Source: an uncultured virus (IMG/VR IMGVR_UViG_3300030095_005052)
Taxonomy: Duplodnaviria > Heunggongvirae > Uroviricota > Caudoviricetes
Direction: 5' to 3' (one strand)
DNA: 20,000 nt
IMG/VR virus record: IMGVR_UViG_3300030095_005052
Shown piece by piece: positions 17,575-20,000 of the stretch. Below the pieces are notes generated by a model. The model did no database searches, was not told the origin of the DNA, and saw only the letters and a list, made by a program, of their open reading frames with translations. Made by a program: the position numbers and the translations under genes. How positions within the stretch are numbered: position 1 is the first letter of the stretch; each line of letters opens with the position of its first letter.

Positions 17575-17693
17575 TTAGAGAGATTTTTGAGACGTTAAGT
17601 TTGAAAACTTTTATCACAGAATTTTTAGGACTTTTTTGTTTGCTGGCTTCGGTTTTTATTTTCTTTTTTTGTGTCGAGCCGTTGTTTACATGA
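17571..17693 (+). CDS. 40-aa single-TM membrane peptide
   Basis: Not in ORF track: MIREIFETLSLKTFITEFLGLFCLLASVFIFFFCVEPLFT; ATGA overlaps at both ends; GGAG RBS. Confidence 0.7.
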   Translation: MIREIFETLSLKTFITEFLGLFCLLASVFIFFFCVEPLFT

Positions 17694-17857
17694 TTGATTT
17701 TCCAACGTGTCAAATGACAGATGTTCTTTTGCGAAAAAAACAATCTAAGTATTTAGAACTTATTTTGCTCGAAAAAGAACCCCGCCTAAAAACGGAAATA
17801 AGTAGCGCAATAAAAAGCATTACTTCAGAAAAAATTAAGGTAGACACTTTTGCTTGA
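17690..17857 (+). CDS. Hypothetical protein (55 aa)
   Basis: ATG at 17690 overlaps the previous stop (ATGA); preferred over the track start at 17636. Confidence 0.6.
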   Translation: MIDFPTCQMTDVLLRKKQSKYLELILLEKEPRLKTEISSAIKSITSEKIKVDTFA

Positions 17858-18002
17858 ACCACAAATTTGCGACTGGTGCGGCTCTTGGACACGTCCAGAG
17901 TTTCACCAGTCCAAATATATTTGCGGAAGATGTCGACGGCCCCTAGCTGATTGTTGCGACGGTGAGCAAGCCCAACCGGATTTGAAAGATAATAAAAATT
18001 GA
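17850..18002 (+). CDS. Small Zn-finger protein (50 aa)
   Basis: Not in track; TTG start, AAGG RBS; CDWC...CGRC...DCCDGE. Confidence 0.7.
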   Translation: MLEPQICDWCGSWTRPEFHQSKYICGRCRRPLADCCDGEQAQPDLKDNKN

Positions 18003-18145
18003 ACTGTTATTTTTGCGAGACGCCTTTGACCTGGGGTGGCGATCACGATGTTGAAGATAGTGAGGATTACGACATGGAAACAAATTTAAGTTGCCAAGAG
18101 TGTGGCGCATTCGTCCTCGTTTATAAGGCAATGGAAAATGATTAA
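17999..18145 (+). CDS. Small Zn-ribbon protein (48 aa)
   Basis: Not in track; TTGA overlap; MNCYFCETPLTWGGDHDVEDSEDYDMETNLSCQECGAFVLVY. Confidence 0.7.
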   Translation: MNCYFCETPLTWGGDHDVEDSEDYDMETNLSCQECGAFVLVYKAMEND

Positions 18146-18164
18146 AAAATAAATAGGATTTAAT

Positions 18165-18425
18165 ATGACTGACAATGTAAATCACCCCCCTCATTATAAT
18201 CAGGGTAATATCGAATGCCTCGATGCTATCGAATCAGCATTAACTGAAAGTGAATATATAGGGCATTTAAAAGCAAATATTTTAAAATATATTTGGCGGC
18301 TTAATCTAAAGGGTGAGCCAATTGAAAATGCTGAAAAGGCCAATTTTTATTTATCTCGCTTAATTTACAAACTTGGTGACGAGAATTTAATTGCTTACGT
18401 CAAAAGACGTGACGCAAATGGGTAA
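18165..18425 (+). CDS. DUF3310-family phage protein
   Basis: DNVNHPPHY...IECLDAI...NILKYIWR...KG...EKANFYL. Confidence 0.88.
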   Translation: MTDNVNHPPHYNQGNIECLDAIESALTESEYIGHLKANILKYIWRLNLKGEPIENAEKANFYLSRLIYKLGDENLIAYVKRRDANG

Positions 18426-18957
18426 GCACTCAGACTTCCCCAGGCGACCGCGTGATTTTTATCCGACGCCATTTGAGGCTGTCGTTCCGCTATTAACTCA
18501 TTTGGATGACCATACGCAATTTGATGAGCCGTGCGCGGGGAATGGAACGCTGATTAGCCATTTAGAGAGCCGTCAGCACACTTGCATCAGGGCTTCGGAC
18601 ATAGAACCCAAAAGTGATGCTATATCGACTGAGAACGCCTTAAAATTGATCGATTGTAAGGGTGACTGCTTCATAACCAACCCCCCGTGGCCTATGCCAG
18701 GTCAAAATGGCGATCCAACCGTGAAGCTGGCGCAACATCTCAGCGACATCGCGCCGTGTTGGTTATTGCTAAATGCCGACGTCATGCACAATAGATACTT
18801 TGGCAAACTATCGGATCGATGCATAAAGATCGTCTCGGTGGGAAGGGTAAGCTGGGAACAAAACCGCATTAAGGGAAAAGAGAACTCGGCGTGGTTTTAC
18901 TTTAACAAAAATTGTTTAAACAAATTTGCACCAATATTTTACGGGAGAGCGGCGTGA
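18418..18957 (+). CDS. Orphan DNA N6-adenine methyltransferase
   Basis: DFYPTP, motif I EPCAGNG, motif IV TNPPW; likely ATG at 18418. Confidence 0.85.
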   Translation: MGKHSDFPRRPRDFYPTPFEAVVPLLTHLDDHTQFDEPCAGNGTLISHLESRQHTCIRASDIEPKSDAISTENALKLIDCKGDCFITNPPWPMPGQNGDPTVKLAQHLSDIAPCWLLLNADVMHNRYFGKLSDRCIKIVSVGRVSWEQNRIKGKENSAWFYFNKNCLNKFAPIFYGRAA

Positions 18958-19142
18958 CAGAATTATATACAATTATTGAAATGGCGGAAAAACTAAAAAC
19001 GACGAAAGTAGCAATTTATAATCATATCAGAAAAGGTAATACTGGAATCGCGATTCCCCCTTTTACAAAAGTGGGCGCAAAAATAATGTTTAAATCTAGC
19101 ACCTATGAGGATTGGGTTAATAATTTACACGATTACAATTAG
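18954..19142 (+). CDS. xis: Excisionase-like HTH protein
   Basis: GTG start overlapping the MTase stop; LYTIIEMAEKL.TTKVAIYNHIRKG...IPPFTKVGAKIMF.....EDWV; adjacent to attP. Confidence 0.75.
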   Translation: MTELYTIIEMAEKLKTTKVAIYNHIRKGNTGIAIPPFTKVGAKIMFKSSTYEDWVNNLHDYN

Positions 19143-19150
19143 CTCAAACC

Positions 19151-19468
19151 ATATCCAATATATATCCAATATATATCCAAAACAGGGATTATTTTAGATT
19201 TTTAAATATCATAAAAGATGATAAAAGATTAATTACCAATTTCTTTATAAACCATTGTGATATTGAGTTTTATCTATTTTTTGGCTGTCACATTGAGTAT
19301 CAGGAAATGTGATGCAATTTTTTCAATTCGGAACCTAAAACCAGCGCGTCTACCAATTCCGCCACACCCGCACAATGTCTGTATGTCTTATCACAAGCCA
19401 ATTATTGACTTTACAATTTAAAAATACTCGGCTAGATTTTTTTTTCATATCCAATATATATCCATTTT
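19151..19468. mobile_element. attP site with arm-type repeats
   Basis: 11-bp ATATCCAATAT units x3 (19151-19183) and x2 (19447-19468), the last copy on each side degenerate, flanking a tRNA-derived core between xis and int. Confidence 0.8.
19333..19371 (-). other. 5' half of tRNA-Leu(TAG) = att core (not a complete tRNA)
   Basis: Minus strand GCGGGTGTGGCGGAATTGGTAGACGCGCTGGTTTTAGGT: acceptor 5' strand, D arm, 5' anticodon stem and loop; similarity stops after the loop. Confidence 0.85.
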
Positions 19469-19493
19469 TAAAAAACTTTTGGAGAATTGACAG

Positions 19494-20000
19494 ATGGCAA
19501 TCGGGTTTAGAGTTCAAAAATACCAAACTAAAAACGGGACAATGTATCAATGCAAAGTTTCCTTTAAACGCGTTGAGGTTTCTGAAAGTTTTAAAAAACG
19601 ATCTTTCGCCGACAACTGGGGCCGCAAAATTGTTAATCAAATTGACGCTGGTGAATACACCGGAAAATTAAATATTGCAAGTGAGAGAATAACTTTTTTA
19701 AATCGTTTAGATACTTTTATTAAGTCGATTTATACAGGCAAGGATAAAGAAAATAGTCGTCAATCTGATTATGTTACTTTTAAAAGTGTAATTAGTCGGC
19801 ATCAATTAAGTAAAAAAACTTTAGACGAAATTGGCGTCGACGAATTAAAGACATTTATTAAGGAGCGGCGGGAACAAGAAATTTCGGAAGGCACCATTGC
19901 AAATAATTTAAGTTGCATATCACGTATTTTTACTTACGCAAGTGGTCAGCCAAGCTGGGGGTTTAAAAAACCTAATCCCTACTCTCTTTTAGATAAAGAT
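19494..20000 (+). CDS. int: Tyrosine recombinase/integrase, N-terminal part (runs off window)
   Basis: Not in track; GGAG RBS; MAIGFRVQKYQTKNGTMYQCKV...SESFKKRSFADNW (arm-binding-like), KTLDEIGVDELKTFIKERR..ISEGTIANNLSCISRIFTYA...NP (SAM-like core-binding); candidate promoter TTTACA(19410)-N17-TAGATT(19433). Confidence 0.88.
   Translation, partial: MAIGFRVQKYQTKNGTMYQCKVSFKRVEVSESFKKRSFADNWGRKIVNQIDAGEYTGKLNIASERITFLNRLDTFIKSIYTGKDKENSRQSDYVTFKSVISRHQLSKKTLDEIGVDELKTFIKERREQEISEGTIANNLSCISRIFTYASGQPSWGFKKPNPYSLLDKD

Noticed and set aside
18418..18957. Restriction-modification system
   Set aside because: No adjacent endonuclease; orphan MTases are routine in phages
19290..19371. Complete tRNA-Leu gene
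   Set aside because: The 3' anticodon stem, variable arm, T arm and acceptor 3' strand are absent
19350..19671. ORFs 19350..19640(-) and 19375..19671(+)
   Set aside because: They overlap attP and the true integrase frame starting at 19494

Overview
The window is part of a temperate, probably podovirus-like dsDNA phage in its unintegrated state (intact attP). It is about 40% GC by eye, and an alphaproteobacterial, possibly marine, host is inferred rather than shown. The minus strand (16.0 kb to 1) carries a Cro-like gene, RuvC-like resolvase, PD-(D/E)XK exonuclease, SSB-like protein, RepB'-type primase/AAA_25 helicase fusion, a repeat-rich candidate origin, three hypotheticals, TerS, a tiny AT-hook peptide, TerL, an accessory block, a P22-like portal and a partial virion-type gene. 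The plus strand (16.1-20 kb) carries a wHTH protein, an XRE repressor, small early genes (two Zn-finger ORFs missing from the ORF track), DUF3310, an adenine MTase, Xis, an attP containing the 5' half of tRNA-Leu(TAG) with arm-type repeats, and a tyrosine integrase (partial). The most notable feature is three unrelated-looking large proteins around the portal that all begin M(A)GLLD. One has an ART-PolyVal-like domain. Another has a pre-toxin-like hydrophobic segment and a convergent small acidic partner gene. Together they suggest a MuF-independent, leader-tagged system of capsid-loaded effectors. A palindromic operator ATATCA-N7-TGATAT recurs at the lysis/lysogeny switch, at attP and upstream of the GLLD genes.
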